From assembly GCF_044647545.1 (NCBI RefSeq), contig NZ_CP172818.1: a stretch of 64,000 nt of DNA; one strand, given 5' to 3'. Shown here in pieces: positions 36,255-49,902 of this stretch (position 1 is the first letter of the stretch; each line of letters starts with the position of its first letter). The stretch is from Escherichia coli. Its GTDB lineage: Bacteria; Pseudomonadota; Gammaproteobacteria; Enterobacterales; Enterobacteriaceae. A program made the translations under genes and the position numbers. The notes under the pieces are model-generated. The model did no database searches and was not told where the DNA came from. It saw only the letters and a list, made by a program, of their open reading frames with translations.

Positions 36255-37241
36255 ATGATACGTTTCGCTGTGATTGGTACGAACTGGATCACTCGCCAGT
36301 TCGTCGAGGCCGCCCATGAGAGCGGTAAATACAAGTTAACCGCCGTCTATTCCCGCAGCCTTGAACAGGCCCAGCACTTCGCCAATGATTTTTCTGTCGA
36401 GCATCTGTTTACGTCGCTGGAAGCGATGGCAGAAAGCGATGCCATTGACGCGGTGTATATTGCCAGCCCAAATTCCCTGCACTTTTCCCAGACACAACTT
36501 TTCCTTAGTCACAAAATTCATGTGATTTGCGAGAAGCCACTGGCGTCGAATCAGGCGGAAGTGGATGCCGCCATTGCCTGTGCGCGGGAAAATCAGGTGG
36601 TGCTGTTTGAGGCATTTAAAACGGCCTACCTGCCGAACTTTCATCTGTTACGCCAGGCGCTGCCGAAAGTCGGCAAACTGCGTAAAGTCTTTTTCAACTA
36701 TTGCCAGTATTCCTCGCGGTATCAGCGTTACCTGGACGGAGAGAATCCCAACACCTTCAATCCGGCATTCTCCAACGGTTCGATTATGGATATCGGCTTT
36801 TACTGCCTGGCGTCGGCGGTGGCATTATTCGGTGAACCGAAAAGCGTGCAGGCAACCGCCAGTTTGCTGGCAAGCGGTGTGGATGCCCACGGCGTGGTGG
36901 TGATGGATTACGGTGATTTCAGCGTTACGTTGCAGCACTCAAAAGTGAGCGATTCTGTCCTGGCAAGCGAGATTCAGGGCGAAGCGGGATCGCTGGTGAT
37001 TGAAAAACTCTCTGAATGCCAGAAAGTCTGCTTTGTACCGCGTGGCAGCCAGATGCAGGATCTCACCCAGCCACAGCATATTAATACCATGCTCTACGAA
37101 GCAGAGCTGTTCGCTACCCTGGTGGATGAGCATCTGGTGAATCATCCAGGGCTGGCGGTCAGTCGTATCACCGCCAAACTGCTGACTGAGATCCGCCGCC
37201 AGACTGGGGTGATTTTTCCGGCAGATAACGTAAAACTATAA
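36255..37241 (+). CDS. ygjR: Gfo/Idh/MocA-family oxidoreductase
   Basis: ORF track 36237..37241; N-terminal Rossmann MIRFAVIGTNWITRQF; 328 aa from that Met. Confidence 0.8.
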   Translation: MIRFAVIGTNWITRQFVEAAHESGKYKLTAVYSRSLEQAQHFANDFSVEHLFTSLEAMAESDAIDAVYIASPNSLHFSQTQLFLSHKIHVICEKPLASNQAEVDAAIACARENQVVLFEAFKTAYLPNFHLLRQALPKVGKLRKVFFNYCQYSSRYQRYLDGENPNTFNPAFSNGSIMDIGFYCLASAVALFGEPKSVQATASLLASGVDAHGVVVMDYGDFSVTLQHSKVSDSVLASEIQGEAGSLVIEKLSECQKVCFVPRGSQMQDLTQPQHINTMLYEAELFATLVDEHLVNHPGLAVSRITAKLLTEIRRQTGVIFPADNVKL

Positions 37242-37299
37242 TTGCCAAAGTAAAACAGTGTAAAAGGTATGTAACAGACCATTGACTGACTGAATGGTC

Positions 37300-37510
37300 T
37301 GTCATACTTTGTTACCTGCAAAGGGGAGTAACTTCATTGTCGGTCGATCGTCATTACGATGTGTGAAAAACCACATCCGGTCACCGGGCAACCCGAAAGG
37401 AATACGCAGACGTATTCCTTTTTTGTTGTAAGTGAGACCTTGCCGGAAGGCGAGGTCTATGCATAAAAAGCAGCGGCTGACGTCTTCCGACGTTGGCCGT
37501 TTTTTTATGT
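37300..37510 (+). promoter_or_regulatory. sraF: alx 5' leader with yybP-ykoY-type (Mn2+/pH-responsive) riboswitch-like element (SraF/PRE)
   Basis: Conserved-looking aaggggagta segment at 37321-37330, extensive hairpins, and terminator-like gcggctgacgtc...gacgttggccgttttttt just upstream of the alx start. Confidence 0.6.
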
Positions 37511-37523
37511 GTAAGGAACTTCT

Positions 37524-38489
37524 ATGAATACTGTCGGCACGCCGTTGCTATGGGGCGGATTCGCTGTTGTTGTCACCATTATGCTGGCTATCGACCTGTT
37601 GTTGCAGGGGCGTCGTGGGGCACATGCCATGACCATGAAACAGGCTGCGGCCTGGTCGCTGGTCTGGGTGACGCTGTCGTTACTGTTTAACGCCGCTTTC
37701 TGGTGGTATCTGGTGCAAACCGAAGGTCGCGCCGTTGCCGATCCACAGGCACTGGCCTTTCTCACGGGTTATCTGATTGAGAAATCGCTGGCGGTCGATA
37801 ACGTCTTTGTCTGGCTGATGTTGTTCAGCTATTTCTCTGTTCCGGCGGCATTACAACGTCGCGTGCTGGTGTATGGCGTGCTTGGGGCGATTGTTCTGCG
37901 TACCATCATGATCTTCACTGGTAGCTGGCTGATTTCACAGTTCGACTGGATCTTGTATATCTTCGGTGCCTTCCTGCTGTTTACCGGCGTGAAGATGGCG
38001 CTGGCTCATGAAGATGAATCAGGCATTGGCGACAAGCCGCTGGTGCGCTGGCTACGCGGTCATTTACGCATGACCGACACCATCGACAACGAGCATTTCT
38101 TTGTGCGTAAGAATGGTTTGTTGTATGCCACGCCGCTGATGCTGGTGCTGATTCTGGTGGAGTTGAGCGACGTGATTTTCGCCGTGGATAGTATTCCGGC
38201 TATCTTCGCCGTGACCACCGATCCGTTTATTGTGCTGACCTCAAACCTGTTTGCGATCCTCGGCCTGCGTGCGATGTATTTCCTGCTGGCAGGTGTGGCA
38301 GAGCGTTTCTCGATGCTCAAATATGGTCTGGCGGTGATTCTGGTGTTTATCGGTATCAAGATGCTGATTGTCGACTTCTACCATATTCCGATCGCCGTCT
38401 CGCTGGGCGTGGTGTTTGGCATTCTGGTGATGACGTTTATTATCAACGCCTGGGTGAATTATCGGCATGATAAGCAGCGGGTAGAATAA
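37524..38489 (+). CDS. alx: TerC-family membrane protein (putative Mn2+ exporter)
   Basis: ORF 321 aa, polytopic. Confidence 0.85.
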   Translation: MNTVGTPLLWGGFAVVVTIMLAIDLLLQGRRGAHAMTMKQAAAWSLVWVTLSLLFNAAFWWYLVQTEGRAVADPQALAFLTGYLIEKSLAVDNVFVWLMLFSYFSVPAALQRRVLVYGVLGAIVLRTIMIFTGSWLISQFDWILYIFGAFLLFTGVKMALAHEDESGIGDKPLVRWLRGHLRMTDTIDNEHFFVRKNGLLYATPLMLVLILVELSDVIFAVDSIPAIFAVTTDPFIVLTSNLFAILGLRAMYFLLAGVAERFSMLKYGLAVILVFIGIKMLIVDFYHIPIAVSLGVVFGILVMTFIINAWVNYRHDKQRVE

Positions 38490-38812
38490 TTTTTAATCTG
38501 CCTAAGCCGTGTACCCTGTCATCAACATGAGCACCGTTTTCTCCCTCTCCCCAAAAGGGGCGAGGGGACTGACCGAGTACTTTTTTGACGTTGTCATCAG
38601 TCTGGAAGCCGCACGTTGGGCTTTATTTTTATGTCAAATAAATGTAACCATTAAGTTGCAAAATATGACCTCTCTTTAAAATCCAGCATTTTTCGCTTCC
38701 CGAAGCTGTAACTTTCCTTATACTCGACCTTGCAAACACTTTGTTACATCCTGAAAGATGCGTCGACAGAACGCACCAGGGATGTGCGACAACACAATGA
38801 AAGGATCGAAAA

Positions 38813-40057
38813 ATGACTACGCAACGTTCACCGGGGCTATTCCGGCGTCTGGCTCATGGCAGCCTGGTAAAACAAATCCTGGTCGGCCTTGTTCTGGGGA
38901 TTCTTCTGGCATGGATCTCAAAACCCGCGGCGGAAGCTGTTGGTCTGTTAGGTACTTTGTTCGTCGGCGCACTGAAAGCCGTTGCCCCCATCCTGGTGTT
39001 GATGCTGGTAATGGCATCTATTGCTAACCACCAGCACGGGCAGAAAACCAATATCCGCCCTATTTTGTTCCTCTATCTGCTGGGCACCTTCTCTGCTGCT
39101 CTGGCCGCAGTAATCTTCAGTTTTGCCTTCCCTTCTACCCTGCACTTGTCCAGTAGCGCGGGTGATATTTCGCCGCCGTCAGGCATTGTAGAAGTAATGC
39201 GCGGGCTGGTAATGAGCATGGTTTCCAACCCCATTGACGCGCTGCTGAAAGGTAACTATATCGGGATCCTGGTGTGGGCAATTGGCCTCGGTTTCGCACT
39301 GCGTCACGGTAACGAGACCACCAAAAACCTGGTCAACGATATGTCGAATGCCGTCACCTTTATGGTGAAACTGGTCATTCGCTTCGCACCGATCGGTATT
39401 TTTGGTCTGGTTTCTTCTACCCTGGCAACCACCGGTTTCTCCACACTGTGGGGCTACGCGCAACTGCTGGTCGTGCTGGTTGGCTGTATGTTACTGGTGG
39501 CGCTGGTGGTTAACCCCTTGCTGGTGTGGTGGAAGATTCGTCGTAACCCGTTCCCGCTGGTGCTGCTGTGCCTGCGCGAAAGCGGCGTGTATGCCTTCTT
39601 CACCCGCAGCTCTGCGGCGAACATTCCGGTGAATATGGCGCTGTGTGAAAAGCTGAATCTGGATCGCGATACCTATTCCGTTTCTATTCCGCTGGGAGCC
39701 ACCATCAATATGGCGGGCGCAGCAATCACCATTACCGTGTTGACGCTGGCTGCGGTTAATACGCTGGGTATTCCGGTTGATCTGCCCACAGCGCTGCTGT
39801 TGAGCGTAGTGGCTTCTCTGTGTGCCTGTGGCGCATCCGGCGTGGCGGGGGGATCTTTGCTGCTGATCCCACTGGCCTGTAATATGTTCGGTATTTCGAA
39901 CGATATCGCCATGCAGGTGGTTGCCGTCGGCTTTATCATCGGCGTATTGCAGGACTCTTGCGAAACCGCGCTGAACTCTTCAACTGACGTGCTGTTCACT
40001 GCGGCAGCTTGCCAGGCGGAAGACGATCGTCTGGCAAATAGCGCCCTGCGTAACTAA
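38813..40057 (+). CDS. sstT: Na+/serine-threonine symporter
   Basis: ORF 414 aa; DAACS family. Confidence 0.9.
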   Translation: MTTQRSPGLFRRLAHGSLVKQILVGLVLGILLAWISKPAAEAVGLLGTLFVGALKAVAPILVLMLVMASIANHQHGQKTNIRPILFLYLLGTFSAALAAVIFSFAFPSTLHLSSSAGDISPPSGIVEVMRGLVMSMVSNPIDALLKGNYIGILVWAIGLGFALRHGNETTKNLVNDMSNAVTFMVKLVIRFAPIGIFGLVSSTLATTGFSTLWGYAQLLVVLVGCMLLVALVVNPLLVWWKIRRNPFPLVLLCLRESGVYAFFTRSSAANIPVNMALCEKLNLDRDTYSVSIPLGATINMAGAAITITVLTLAAVNTLGIPVDLPTALLLSVVASLCACGASGVAGGSLLLIPLACNMFGISNDIAMQVVAVGFIIGVLQDSCETALNSSTDVLFTAAACQAEDDRLANSALRN

Positions 40058-40060
40058 TAC

Positions 40061-40612
40061 TTAGCCCCTTTCGTCTACGGCGGAAGGGGTTTTCTCCACT
40101 TTAAACGGATCAATTCCCCTTTTCTGCATCCGCCAGAAACGAATGATATTCAGGCCATTCATTAGCAGAAAACTCCCCTCAATCATCGTGCCGCCTATCG
40201 ACCCCGCCCAGAAGTTGTGAATCACCCAGCAACACGTTGAAAACCACATTACGCAGCGCATGGTCAGCCCTTTACAGCGGAACAGCGCCCAGGTACTGAC
40301 AATCGTGCCGATTACCGGCAGTAGTTCGACAGGATGATGGAACTTCGCGAGGCCAATTCCACCAGTCAGCACAATAAAAATCGCCATTACCCATAAGCTG
40401 CGCGTGCGTAAGGTAATCAATGTACGAATGGCATTAAGGATGGCACTGGCACCGGCAGGATAGGTGCCCAGAAGAAAAAAATGTACGCCAATAACGGCGC
40501 TATAGACCGAAAGTTGCTTTTTGAAGCGACGTTCGTCACGATTGAAAAATGTTGTGATACCAATCAGAAAGGCGATGACACCCACGCCCTGGGCCAGCCA
40601 ATACGCGGTCAT
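40061..40612 (-). CDS. ygjV: uncharacterised inner-membrane protein
   Basis: ORF 183 aa, multi-TM. Confidence 0.8.
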   Translation of the reverse strand: MTAYWLAQGVGVIAFLIGITTFFNRDERRFKKQLSVYSAVIGVHFFLLGTYPAGASAILNAIRTLITLRTRSLWVMAIFIVLTGGIGLAKFHHPVELLPVIGTIVSTWALFRCKGLTMRCVMWFSTCCWVIHNFWAGSIGGTMIEGSFLLMNGLNIIRFWRMQKRGIDPFKVEKTPSAVDERG

Positions 40613-40694
40613 GATAAATCCTTAGCAGGTATGGAAAAGCAAACGGCGCTTCACATTATGAAACGCCGTTTTTTATTAACAACTCATTTCGACT

Positions 40695-42182
40695 TTATAG
40701 CGTTACGCCGCTTTTGAAGATCGCCAGTTCGCGGAAGTCGTTACGCTCGTTGCAGGTTTGTTTACCGTTGGCAAACTCAACGATGGTGTCGATAAATTCT
40801 TCCAGCAACTGCGGCATCGCTTTACCGTGGATCAGCTGACCCGCGTCAAAGTCGATCCAGTGTTTTTTCTTCGCCGCCAGTTCACTGTTGGTGGCGATTT
40901 TCACCGTCGGCACAAATCCACCATACGGCGTACCACGACCAGTACTGAACAGCACCATATGGCAGCCCGCACCCGCCAGGGCGCTGGTCGCTACGGCATC
41001 GTTACCCGGCGCACTTAACAAGTTCAGCCCCGGCGTTTTCAGACGCTCGCCGTAACGCAGCACGTCAACCACGACACTGGAACCCGCTTTCTGGGTACAG
41101 CCAAGCGATTTATCTTCCAGCGTGGTGATACCGCCCGCTTTGTTCCCCGGTGATGGGTTTTCGTAGATCGGCTGGTCATGGGCAATAAAGTACTGTTTGA
41201 AGTCGTTGACCATGGTGACCAGTTTTTCAAACGTTGCTTCGTCGCGGCAATGGTCCATCAGCAACTGCTCTGCGCCAAACATCTCCGGCACTTCGGTCAG
41301 TACGGTAGTACCACCGTTAGCAATCACGTAGTCAGAGAAACGACCGAGCATTGGGTTGGCGGTAATACCGGAAAGACCGTCAGAACCGCCGCACTCCAGA
41401 CCAAACTTCAGTTCGCTGAGTTTGCCCGGCTCGCGCTTGTCGTTGCGCATCACGTTATACAACTGATGCAAATGCGCGATCCCGGCCTCGATTTCATCAT
41501 CCTGCTGTTGGCAGATCATGAAATGAACGCGTTCAGGATCGATATCGCCCAACGTTTCACGGAATGCGGCAACCTGGTTGTTTTCACAGCCCAGACCAAT
41601 CACCAGCACTGCGCCCGCGTTCGGGTGGCGCACCATGTTTTGCAGCATGGTGCGAGTATTGATGTGATCGTCGCCCAGTTGTGAGCAGCCGTAGGTGTGG
41701 CTGAAGAGGAACACGCCGTCGGTACCTTCAGCGTTGTTGGTCTCTTTCAGGAAACGGTTCTGGATCTGCCGCGCGATGCCGTTAACACAACCCACGGTTG
41801 GCAGGATCCACAGCTCATTACGCACCCCGACATCGCCGTTCGCGCGACGATAGATCTGCACTTCACGATCTGCCGCTTGCGCAGGCAGATCCTGAAAATC
41901 AGGTTGATAGCGATACTGATCCAGATCGCTCAGATTCGTGCGCGTATTGTGGGCGTGAACGTGTTCACCCGCCGCAATATCCGCCAATGCATAACCAATC
42001 GGCAGGCCATATTTAATGACGTTGGCCCCTTTTGCGATATCCGTTAACGCAAATTTATGTCCACGAGCAACATCCTGGCGCAGCGTAACAGTCTGGTTAT
42101 CGACACTGACTTCTGTGCCTTCAGCCAAATCCGCTAAAGCAACCGCGACGTTATCCAGCGCATGGATCTTGATGTATTGCAT
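40695..42182 (-). CDS. uxaA: altronate dehydratase
   Basis: ORF 495 aa MQYIKIHALDNVAVALADL...; SAF plus dehydratase domains. Confidence 0.9.
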   Translation of the reverse strand: MQYIKIHALDNVAVALADLAEGTEVSVDNQTVTLRQDVARGHKFALTDIAKGANVIKYGLPIGYALADIAAGEHVHAHNTRTNLSDLDQYRYQPDFQDLPAQAADREVQIYRRANGDVGVRNELWILPTVGCVNGIARQIQNRFLKETNNAEGTDGVFLFSHTYGCSQLGDDHINTRTMLQNMVRHPNAGAVLVIGLGCENNQVAAFRETLGDIDPERVHFMICQQQDDEIEAGIAHLHQLYNVMRNDKREPGKLSELKFGLECGGSDGLSGITANPMLGRFSDYVIANGGTTVLTEVPEMFGAEQLLMDHCRDEATFEKLVTMVNDFKQYFIAHDQPIYENPSPGNKAGGITTLEDKSLGCTQKAGSSVVVDVLRYGERLKTPGLNLLSAPGNDAVATSALAGAGCHMVLFSTGRGTPYGGFVPTVKIATNSELAAKKKHWIDFDAGQLIHGKAMPQLLEEFIDTIVEFANGKQTCNERNDFRELAIFKSGVTL

Positions 42183-42196
42183 ATCAACCCCAGACC

Positions 42197-43711
<1,515 letters not shown>

Positions 43712-44091
43712 TCAATAAACGTAGTTAAAAAAATTACTCTCAAAGTGGTAAATCTCGCTGCAGGCCGCGCCAGTACTGGCCTCGTGGTCGTCAGGTAATG
43801 TCCCTACAAATATTCGCACATTTGTGATGGCTCTCACCTTTTAAAGTTGTATGACAAGTTATCTTTCTGCCGTCGCAAATCATAAGTCGACGGAATGCAA
43901 ATTGCCGATTCATTCATTTGTTAGATGAATCGGGTTAACCGGTACGGAAGCCGAATTAGCACGAAACTTTCATGGCAACGTTCGGGGCGTGCCGGTTTTT
44001 TTTCGGTTACCCGGTCGTAACTAACATCTTCAGCCTCTGGCGGGATGATGGCCGCGCTTCCTGCGGATATAACAAAACGATGAGGTTTTAC

Positions 44092-45390
44092 ATGCGTAAA
44101 ATTAAAGGGTTACGTTGGTATATGATCGCACTGGTGACGCTCGGCACCGTGCTTGGTTACCTGACGCGTAACACTGTGGCGGCAGCTGCGCCAACTCTGA
44201 TGGAAGAGTTAAACATCTCCACCCAACAGTATTCCTATATCATCGCAGCGTATTCTGCTGCTTATACGGTCATGCAACCGGTAGCGGGTTATGTACTGGA
44301 TGTGCTGGGTACGAAAATCGGTTATGCAATGTTTGCTGTACTGTGGGCCGTATTCTGTGGTGCAACCGCGCTGGCAGGTAGTTGGGGTGGCCTGGCTGTT
44401 GCTCGTGGTGCGGTCGGTGCCGCGGAAGCCGCGATGATTCCGGCGGGTCTGAAAGCCAGCTCCGAATGGTTCCCGGCGAAAGAGCGTTCCATCGCGGTAG
44501 GTTACTTTAACGTAGGTTCTTCGATTGGTGCGATGATTGCGCCGCCGCTGGTGGTATGGGCAATCGTGATGCACAGCTGGCAGATGGCATTTATCATCTC
44601 CGGTGCGTTGAGCTTTATCTGGGCGATGGCATGGCTGATTTTCTACAAGCATCCGCGCGACCAGAAACATCTGACCGATGAAGAACGCGACTACATTATT
44701 AATGGTCAGGAAGCCCAGCACCAGGTTGACACAGCGAAGAAAATGTCCGTTGGTCAGATCCTGCGCAACCGTCAGTTCTGGGGTATCGCGCTGCCGCGCT
44801 TCCTGGCAGAACCGGCATGGGGTACTTTTAACGCGTGGATCCCGCTGTTCATGTTTAAAGTTTACGGCTTTAACCTGAAAGAGATCGCGATGTTTGCCTG
44901 GATGCCGATGCTGTTTGCTGACCTCGGTTGTATCCTCGGTGGTTACCTGCCGCCGCTGTTCCAGCGTTGGTTTGGTGTGAACCTGATCGTTTCCCGTAAG
45001 ATGGTCGTAACGCTGGGTGCTGTGCTGATGATTGGCCCGGGTATGATCGGTCTGTTCACCAACCCGTATGTCGCGATTATGCTGCTGTGTATCGGTGGTT
45101 TTGCTCACCAGGCACTGTCTGGCGCACTGATTACGCTCTCTTCTGACGTGTTCGGTCGTAACGAAGTGGCGACGGCGAACGGTTTAACCGGGATGTCCGC
45201 ATGGCTGGCAAGTACGCTGTTTGCACTGGTAGTCGGTGCACTGGCTGACACCATCGGCTTCAGCCCGCTGTTCGCAGTTCTGGCAGTGTTCGACCTGTTA
45301 GGTGCGCTGGTTATCTGGACCGTGTTGCAGAACAAACCGGCGATTGAGGTGGCGCAGGAATCACATAACGATCCCGCACCGCAACATTAA
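44092..45390 (+). CDS. exuT: hexuronate transporter (MFS)
   Basis: ORF track 43972..45390 (472 aa); 432 aa from [14 protein letters not shown]. Confidence 0.9.
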   Translation: MRKIKGLRWYMIALVTLGTVLGYLTRNTVAAAAPTLMEELNISTQQYSYIIAAYSAAYTVMQPVAGYVLDVLGTKIGYAMFAVLWAVFCGATALAGSWGGLAVARGAVGAAEAAMIPAGLKASSEWFPAKERSIAVGYFNVGSSIGAMIAPPLVVWAIVMHSWQMAFIISGALSFIWAMAWLIFYKHPRDQKHLTDEERDYIINGQEAQHQVDTAKKMSVGQILRNRQFWGIALPRFLAEPAWGTFNAWIPLFMFKVYGFNLKEIAMFAWMPMLFADLGCILGGYLPPLFQRWFGVNLIVSRKMVVTLGAVLMIGPGMIGLFTNPYVAIMLLCIGGFAHQALSGALITLSSDVFGRNEVATANGLTGMSAWLASTLFALVVGALADTIGFSPLFAVLAVFDLLGALVIWTVLQNKPAIEVAQESHNDPAPQH

Positions 45391-45530
45391 CGCTTAATGT
45401 AAGTCGTAATGACGAAGCCGCCTCTTCAGGCGGCTTTTTCAATCATGCGATTTATATTTTAACAATGGCATACGCATGCATAAAGTGGTATAATAACTTT
45501 GTCTGCCGCATTCCACTCCTGGAGACGCAT

Positions 45531-46307
45531 ATGGAAATCACTGAACCACGCCGTTTGTATCAACAACTTGCCGCTGATCTGAAAGAGCGCATCGAACAGG
45601 GCGTCTATCTGGTGGGTGATAAACTGCCTGCCGAACGCTTTATTGCCGATGAAAAAAACGTCAGCCGCACCGTGGTTCGTGAAGCCATCATCATGCTGGA
45701 AGTTGAAGGCTATGTCGAAGTGCGTAAAGGTTCAGGTATTCATGTGGTTTCCAACCAGCCGCGCCATCAGCAATCGGCTGACAATAATATGGAGTTTGCC
45801 AATTACGGTCCGTTTGAGCTACTGCAAGCCCGCCAGCTCATCGAAAGTAATATTGCCGAGTTCGCGGCAACTCAGGTCACAAAACAGGACATCATGAAAT
45901 TGATGGCCATCCAGGAGCAGGCACGCGGCGAACAATGCTTCCGTGATTCCGAGTGGGATTTGCAGTTCCATATTCAGGTAGCCCTGGCGACGCAGAACTC
46001 CGCCCTGGCGGCTATCGTTGAAAAAATGTGGACCCAGCGTAGTCATAACCCGTACTGGAAAAAACTGCACGAACACATTGATGCCCGTACCGTCGATAAC
46101 TGGTGTGATGACCACGATCAAATCCTCAAAGCGCTGATTCGCAAAGATCCTCATGCTGCTAAGCTGGCAATGTGGCAGCACCTGGAAAACACCAAGATCA
46201 TGTTATTTAACGAAACCAGCGACGATTTCGAGTTCAATGCCGACCGCTATCTGTTCGCCGAAAACCCGGTGGTGCATCTCGATACAGCCACCAGCGGCAG
46301 TAAATGA
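45531..46307 (+). CDS. exuR: GntR-family hexuronate regulon repressor
   Basis: ORF track 45465..46307; 258 aa from [24 protein letters not shown]. Confidence 0.9.
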   Translation: MEITEPRRLYQQLAADLKERIEQGVYLVGDKLPAERFIADEKNVSRTVVREAIIMLEVEGYVEVRKGSGIHVVSNQPRHQQSADNNMEFANYGPFELLQARQLIESNIAEFAATQVTKQDIMKLMAIQEQARGEQCFRDSEWDLQFHIQVALATQNSALAAIVEKMWTQRSHNPYWKKLHEHIDARTVDNWCDDHDQILKALIRKDPHAAKLAMWQHLENTKIMLFNETSDDFEFNADRYLFAENPVVHLDTATSGSK

Positions 46308-46651
46308 AATTCCTGTCCGACAGGCGCTACAGTGCGCCTGTTTGTCTCGTCGGTAAGCGAAAAGTATAAAGTGTCAGCCTGTGTAAATCCTCTCGCCTCC
46401 CTCCCCTGCATTCAGCAAAATCAGACTCCACGGACATGTAATTTTGATAACGAACAACGTTGACCTTTGTTACAATTAGATTCAATTTGAATTTATGCTT
46501 TTGAATGCTTTCTTATCTCACGATTTAACAGGGAATAGTTCAGGCTGTGTTGATGTATCAAACCCGCAAAACATACCAAAACAGCAATAACATTGCGGTA
46601 GTGCATCATTTAAAACCAGCGTGGCGTTAACCGATTCACCAGGAATAATGA

Positions 46652-47314
46652 ATGGAACTTTTGACCCAATTGCTGCAAGCCCTGTGGGCGCAGGATTTTG
46701 AAACCCTGGCCAATCCGTCGATGATTGGCATGTTGTATTTTGTCTTGTTTGTCATTTTGTTCCTTGAAAACGGCTTGCTTCCGGCGGCCTTTTTACCGGG
46801 CGACAGTTTACTGGTACTGGTCGGCGTATTGATTGCGAAAGGCGCGATGGGCTATCCGCAAACGATTCTGCTGCTGACCGTTGCCGCCAGCCTCGGTTGC
46901 TGGGTCAGCTATATTCAGGGGCGATGGCTGGGCAATACCCGCACCGTACAAAACTGGCTATCTCATTTACCCGCGCATTATCATCAACGCGCACACCATC
47001 TTTTTCATAAACACGGTTTATCGGCGCTGTTAATTGGTCGCTTTATTGCGTTTGTCAGAACACTGCTGCCGACGATTGCCGGGTTATCAGGGCTGAATAA
47101 CGCGCGCTTTCAGTTCTTCAACTGGATGAGTGGTCTGCTGTGGGTATTGATCCTGACAACTCTGGGTTACATGCTCGGCAAAACGCCGGTATTTTTAAAG
47201 TACGAGGACCAGCTGATGTCATGCCTGATGCTGCTCCCGGTGGTGCTGCTGGTGTTTGGCCTGGCAGGTTCTCTGGTTGTGTTATGGAAAAAGAAATATG
47301 GAAATCGGGGGTAA
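46652..47314 (+). CDS. yqjA: DedA-family inner-membrane protein
   Basis: ORF 220 aa. Confidence 0.85.
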   Translation: MELLTQLLQALWAQDFETLANPSMIGMLYFVLFVILFLENGLLPAAFLPGDSLLVLVGVLIAKGAMGYPQTILLLTVAASLGCWVSYIQGRWLGNTRTVQNWLSHLPAHYHQRAHHLFHKHGLSALLIGRFIAFVRTLLPTIAGLSGLNNARFQFFNWMSGLLWVLILTTLGYMLGKTPVFLKYEDQLMSCLMLLPVVLLVFGLAGSLVVLWKKKYGNRG

Positions 47315-47317
47315 GGG

Positions 47318-47701
47318 ATGCAAATACCTCGCATGTCACTTCGCCAGCTAGCCTGGTCCGGCGCTGTTTTACTTCTGGTCAGCACACTATTGCTGGCCTG
47401 GTCCGCGGTTCGCCAGCAAGAGTCTACGCTGGCGATTCGTGCCGTTCATCAAGGGACAACGATGCCAGACGGTTTTTCGATCTGGCATCACCTTGACGCT
47501 CACGGCATTCCTTTCAAAAGTATCACCCCCAAAAACGACACTCTGTTAATTACCTTTGACTCCAGCGACCAGAGCGCCGCCGCAAAAGCGGTCCTCGACA
47601 GAACATTGCCCCATGGCTACATCATTGCGCAGCAGGACAATAACAGTCAGGCTATGCAGTGGCTGACCCGGTTGCGGGATAACTCTCATCGCTTCGGATA
47701 A
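47318..47701 (+). CDS. mzrA: modulator of EnvZ/OmpR
   Basis: ORF 127 aa with N-terminal TM; immediately downstream of yqjA. Confidence 0.85.
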   Translation: MQIPRMSLRQLAWSGAVLLLVSTLLLAWSAVRQQESTLAIRAVHQGTTMPDGFSIWHHLDAHGIPFKSITPKNDTLLITFDSSDQSAAAKAVLDRTLPHGYIIAQQDNNSQAMQWLTRLRDNSHRFG

Positions 47702-47847
47702 CTTCCTGTTATCTGAAACAGATCACTCACTTTGGTGATTTCACCGTAACTGTCTATGATTAATGGGGCGGTGGTTAACACGACCGCTTCGTTGTCTGGA
47801 CAATCGTTCCTTTGTAATAGGTCCGAATCACAATGGAAGGTTCAAGA

Positions 47848-48216
47848 ATGAAATACCGCATCGCTTTAGCTGTTTCTCTCTTTGCTCTTAGTGCCGGTAG
47901 TTATGCCACTACCCTGTGTCAGGAAAAGGAGCAAAATATCCTTAAGGAGATCAGCTATGCCGAAAAACACCAAAACCAGAATCGTATTGACGGTCTGAAT
48001 AAAGCCCTGAGTGAAGTCCGGGCCAACTGTTCAGATAGCCAACTGCGTGCCGATCATCAGAAGAAAATCGCAAAGCAGAAAGATGAGGTGGCGGAACGCC
48101 AGCAAGATTTAGCCGAGGCGAAGCAAAAAGGCGATGCAGATAAGATTGCCAAACGCGAACGGAAACTGGCAGAAGCGCAGGAAGAGCTGAAAAAGCTGGA
48201 AGCGCGCGACTACTAA
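47848..48216 (+). CDS. yqjC: DUF1090-family periplasmic protein
   Basis: ORF track 47833..48216; signal peptide MKYRIALAVSLFALSAGSYA; 122 aa from that Met. Confidence 0.75.
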   Translation: MKYRIALAVSLFALSAGSYATTLCQEKEQNILKEISYAEKHQNQNRIDGLNKALSEVRANCSDSQLRADHQKKIAKQKDEVAERQQDLAEAKQKGDADKIAKRERKLAEAQEELKKLEARDY

Positions 48217-48253
48217 CTCACAATAGTCACTACTTACTCACCTGGAGAAAACT

Positions 48254-48559
48254 ATGTCGAAAGAACACACTACGGAACATCTGCGTGCTGAGTTGAAATC
48301 CCTTTCCGATACGCTGGAAGAGGTGCTTAGCTCATCTGGCGAGAAGTCGAAAGAAGAGTTGAGTAAGATTCGTAGCAAAGCGGAGCAGGCACTGAAACAG
48401 AGCCGTTATCGCCTGGGTGAAACCGGTGATGCCATCGCCAAACAAACCCGTGTCGCGGCGGCGCGTGCCGATGAGTATGTGCGTGAAAATCCGTGGACCG
48501 GCGTGGGCATTGGCGCTGCAATCGGTGTAGTGCTCGGCGTTCTGCTGTCGCGTCGTTAA
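48254..48559 (+). CDS. yqjD: ElaB/YqjD-family ribosome-associated membrane protein
   Basis: ORF 101 aa with C-terminal TM. Confidence 0.8.
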   Translation: MSKEHTTEHLRAELKSLSDTLEEVLSSSGEKSKEELSKIRSKAEQALKQSRYRLGETGDAIAKQTRVAAARADEYVRENPWTGVGIGAAIGVVLGVLLSRR

Positions 48560-48561
48560 TT

Positions 48562-48966
48562 ATGGCGGACACTCATCACGCGCAAGGGCCCGGTAAAAGC
48601 GTTCTGGGCATCGGGCAGCGAATTGTTTCCATCATGGTTGAAATGGTGGAAACACGTCTGCGGCTGGCGGTGGTGGAGCTGGAAGAGGAAAAAGCGAATC
48701 TCTTTCAACTTTTACTGATGCTGGGCCTGACGATGCTTTTCGCTGCATTTGGTCTTATGAGCCTGATGGTGCTAATTATTTGGGCGGTTGATCCGCAATA
48801 TCGCCTGAATGCGATGATTGCCACCACCGTGGTGTTGCTGCTACTGGCACTGATTGGCGGTATCTGGACGTTACGTAAATCGCGTAAATCCACCTTGCTG
48901 CGCCATACACGCCATGAGCTGGCAAACGATCGGCAGCTGCTCGAGGAGGAGTCCCGTGAGCAGTAA
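48562..48966 (+). CDS. yqjE: inner-membrane protein (DUF1469)
   Basis: ORF track 48493..48966; 134 aa from MADTHHAQGPGKS. Confidence 0.8.
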   Translation: MADTHHAQGPGKSVLGIGQRIVSIMVEMVETRLRLAVVELEEEKANLFQLLLMLGLTMLFAAFGLMSLMVLIIWAVDPQYRLNAMIATTVVLLLLALIGGIWTLRKSRKSTLLRHTRHELANDRQLLEEESREQ

Positions 48967-49255
48967 AGTCGAACATGAACGACGTAAGGCGCAACTGCTT
49001 AGCCAGATCCAGCAACAACGGCTGGATCTTTCCGCCACTCGTCGTGAATGGCTGGAGGCAACAGGCGCTTACGATCGTCGCTGGAATATGCTGTTGAGTC
49101 TGCGCTCCTGGGCGCTGGTTGGCAGTAGCGTGATGGCTATCTGGACGATTCGCCATCCTAATATGCTGGTCCGCTGGGCCAGACGCGGTTTTGGTGTATG
49201 GAGCGCCTGGCGTCTGGTTAAAACGACCCTCAAGCAGCAACAGCTTCGCGGTTAA
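48956..49255 (+). CDS. yqjK: small membrane protein, GTG start overlapping yqjE 3' end
   Basis: In-frame GTG at 48956 gives 99 aa (V)SSKVEHERRKAQLLSQIQQQRLDL...; ORF track shows the longer frame 48854..49255. Confidence 0.7.
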   Translation: MSSKVEHERRKAQLLSQIQQQRLDLSATRREWLEATGAYDRRWNMLLSLRSWALVGSSVMAIWTIRHPNMLVRWARRGFGVWSAWRLVKTTLKQQQLRG

Positions 49256-49440
49256 CTTCCCTCTGGCCGGAGCCATTCCGGCCTTATCCCTCAAATTTTT
49301 TGAAGATTTTTGACAATTTTCCTTGCTAACAATCACGCTTCGCCACGTTTATGATTCTCTCCATCGACAGCAACGACGCTAATAGCGCGCCCTTGCACAA
49401 AAAAACAATCAGCAGCCTGAGCGGCGCAGTGGAGAGTATG

Positions 49441-49833
49441 ATGAAAAAATTAGAAGATGTTGGTGTACTGGTAGCGCGTATTTTAATGCCGATTCTGTTT
49501 ATTACCGCAGGCTGGGGAAAAATTACTGGCTACGCGGGTACCCAACAATATATGGAAGCAATGGGCGTCCCCGGCTTTATGCTGCCGCTGGTGATTCTGC
49601 TTGAGTTTGGTGGTGGTCTGGCAATCCTGTTCGGTTTCCTGACACGTACCACAGCCCTGTTTACTGCGGGCTTTACGCTGCTGACGGCATTTTTATTTCA
49701 CAGCAACTTTGCTGAAGGCGTCAACTCGCTGATGTTCATGAAAAACCTGACGATTTCTGGCGGGTTCCTGCTGCTGGCGATTACCGGTCCGGGCGCGTAT
49801 AGCATCGACCGCCTGCTGAATAAAAAGTGGTAA
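49441..49833 (+). CDS. yqjF: DoxX-family inner-membrane protein
   Basis: ORF track 49351..49833; 130 aa from MKKLEDVGVLVARILMPILF. Confidence 0.8.
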   Translation: MKKLEDVGVLVARILMPILFITAGWGKITGYAGTQQYMEAMGVPGFMLPLVILLEFGGGLAILFGFLTRTTALFTAGFTLLTAFLFHSNFAEGVNSLMFMKNLTISGGFLLLAITGPGAYSIDRLLNKKW

Positions 49834-49902
49834 GCACGCGCTATACTTAACAATAAAAAACGAGGAGGAAGCTCCTCGTTTTTGCTATTGGAGGAGAGAA
49901 AA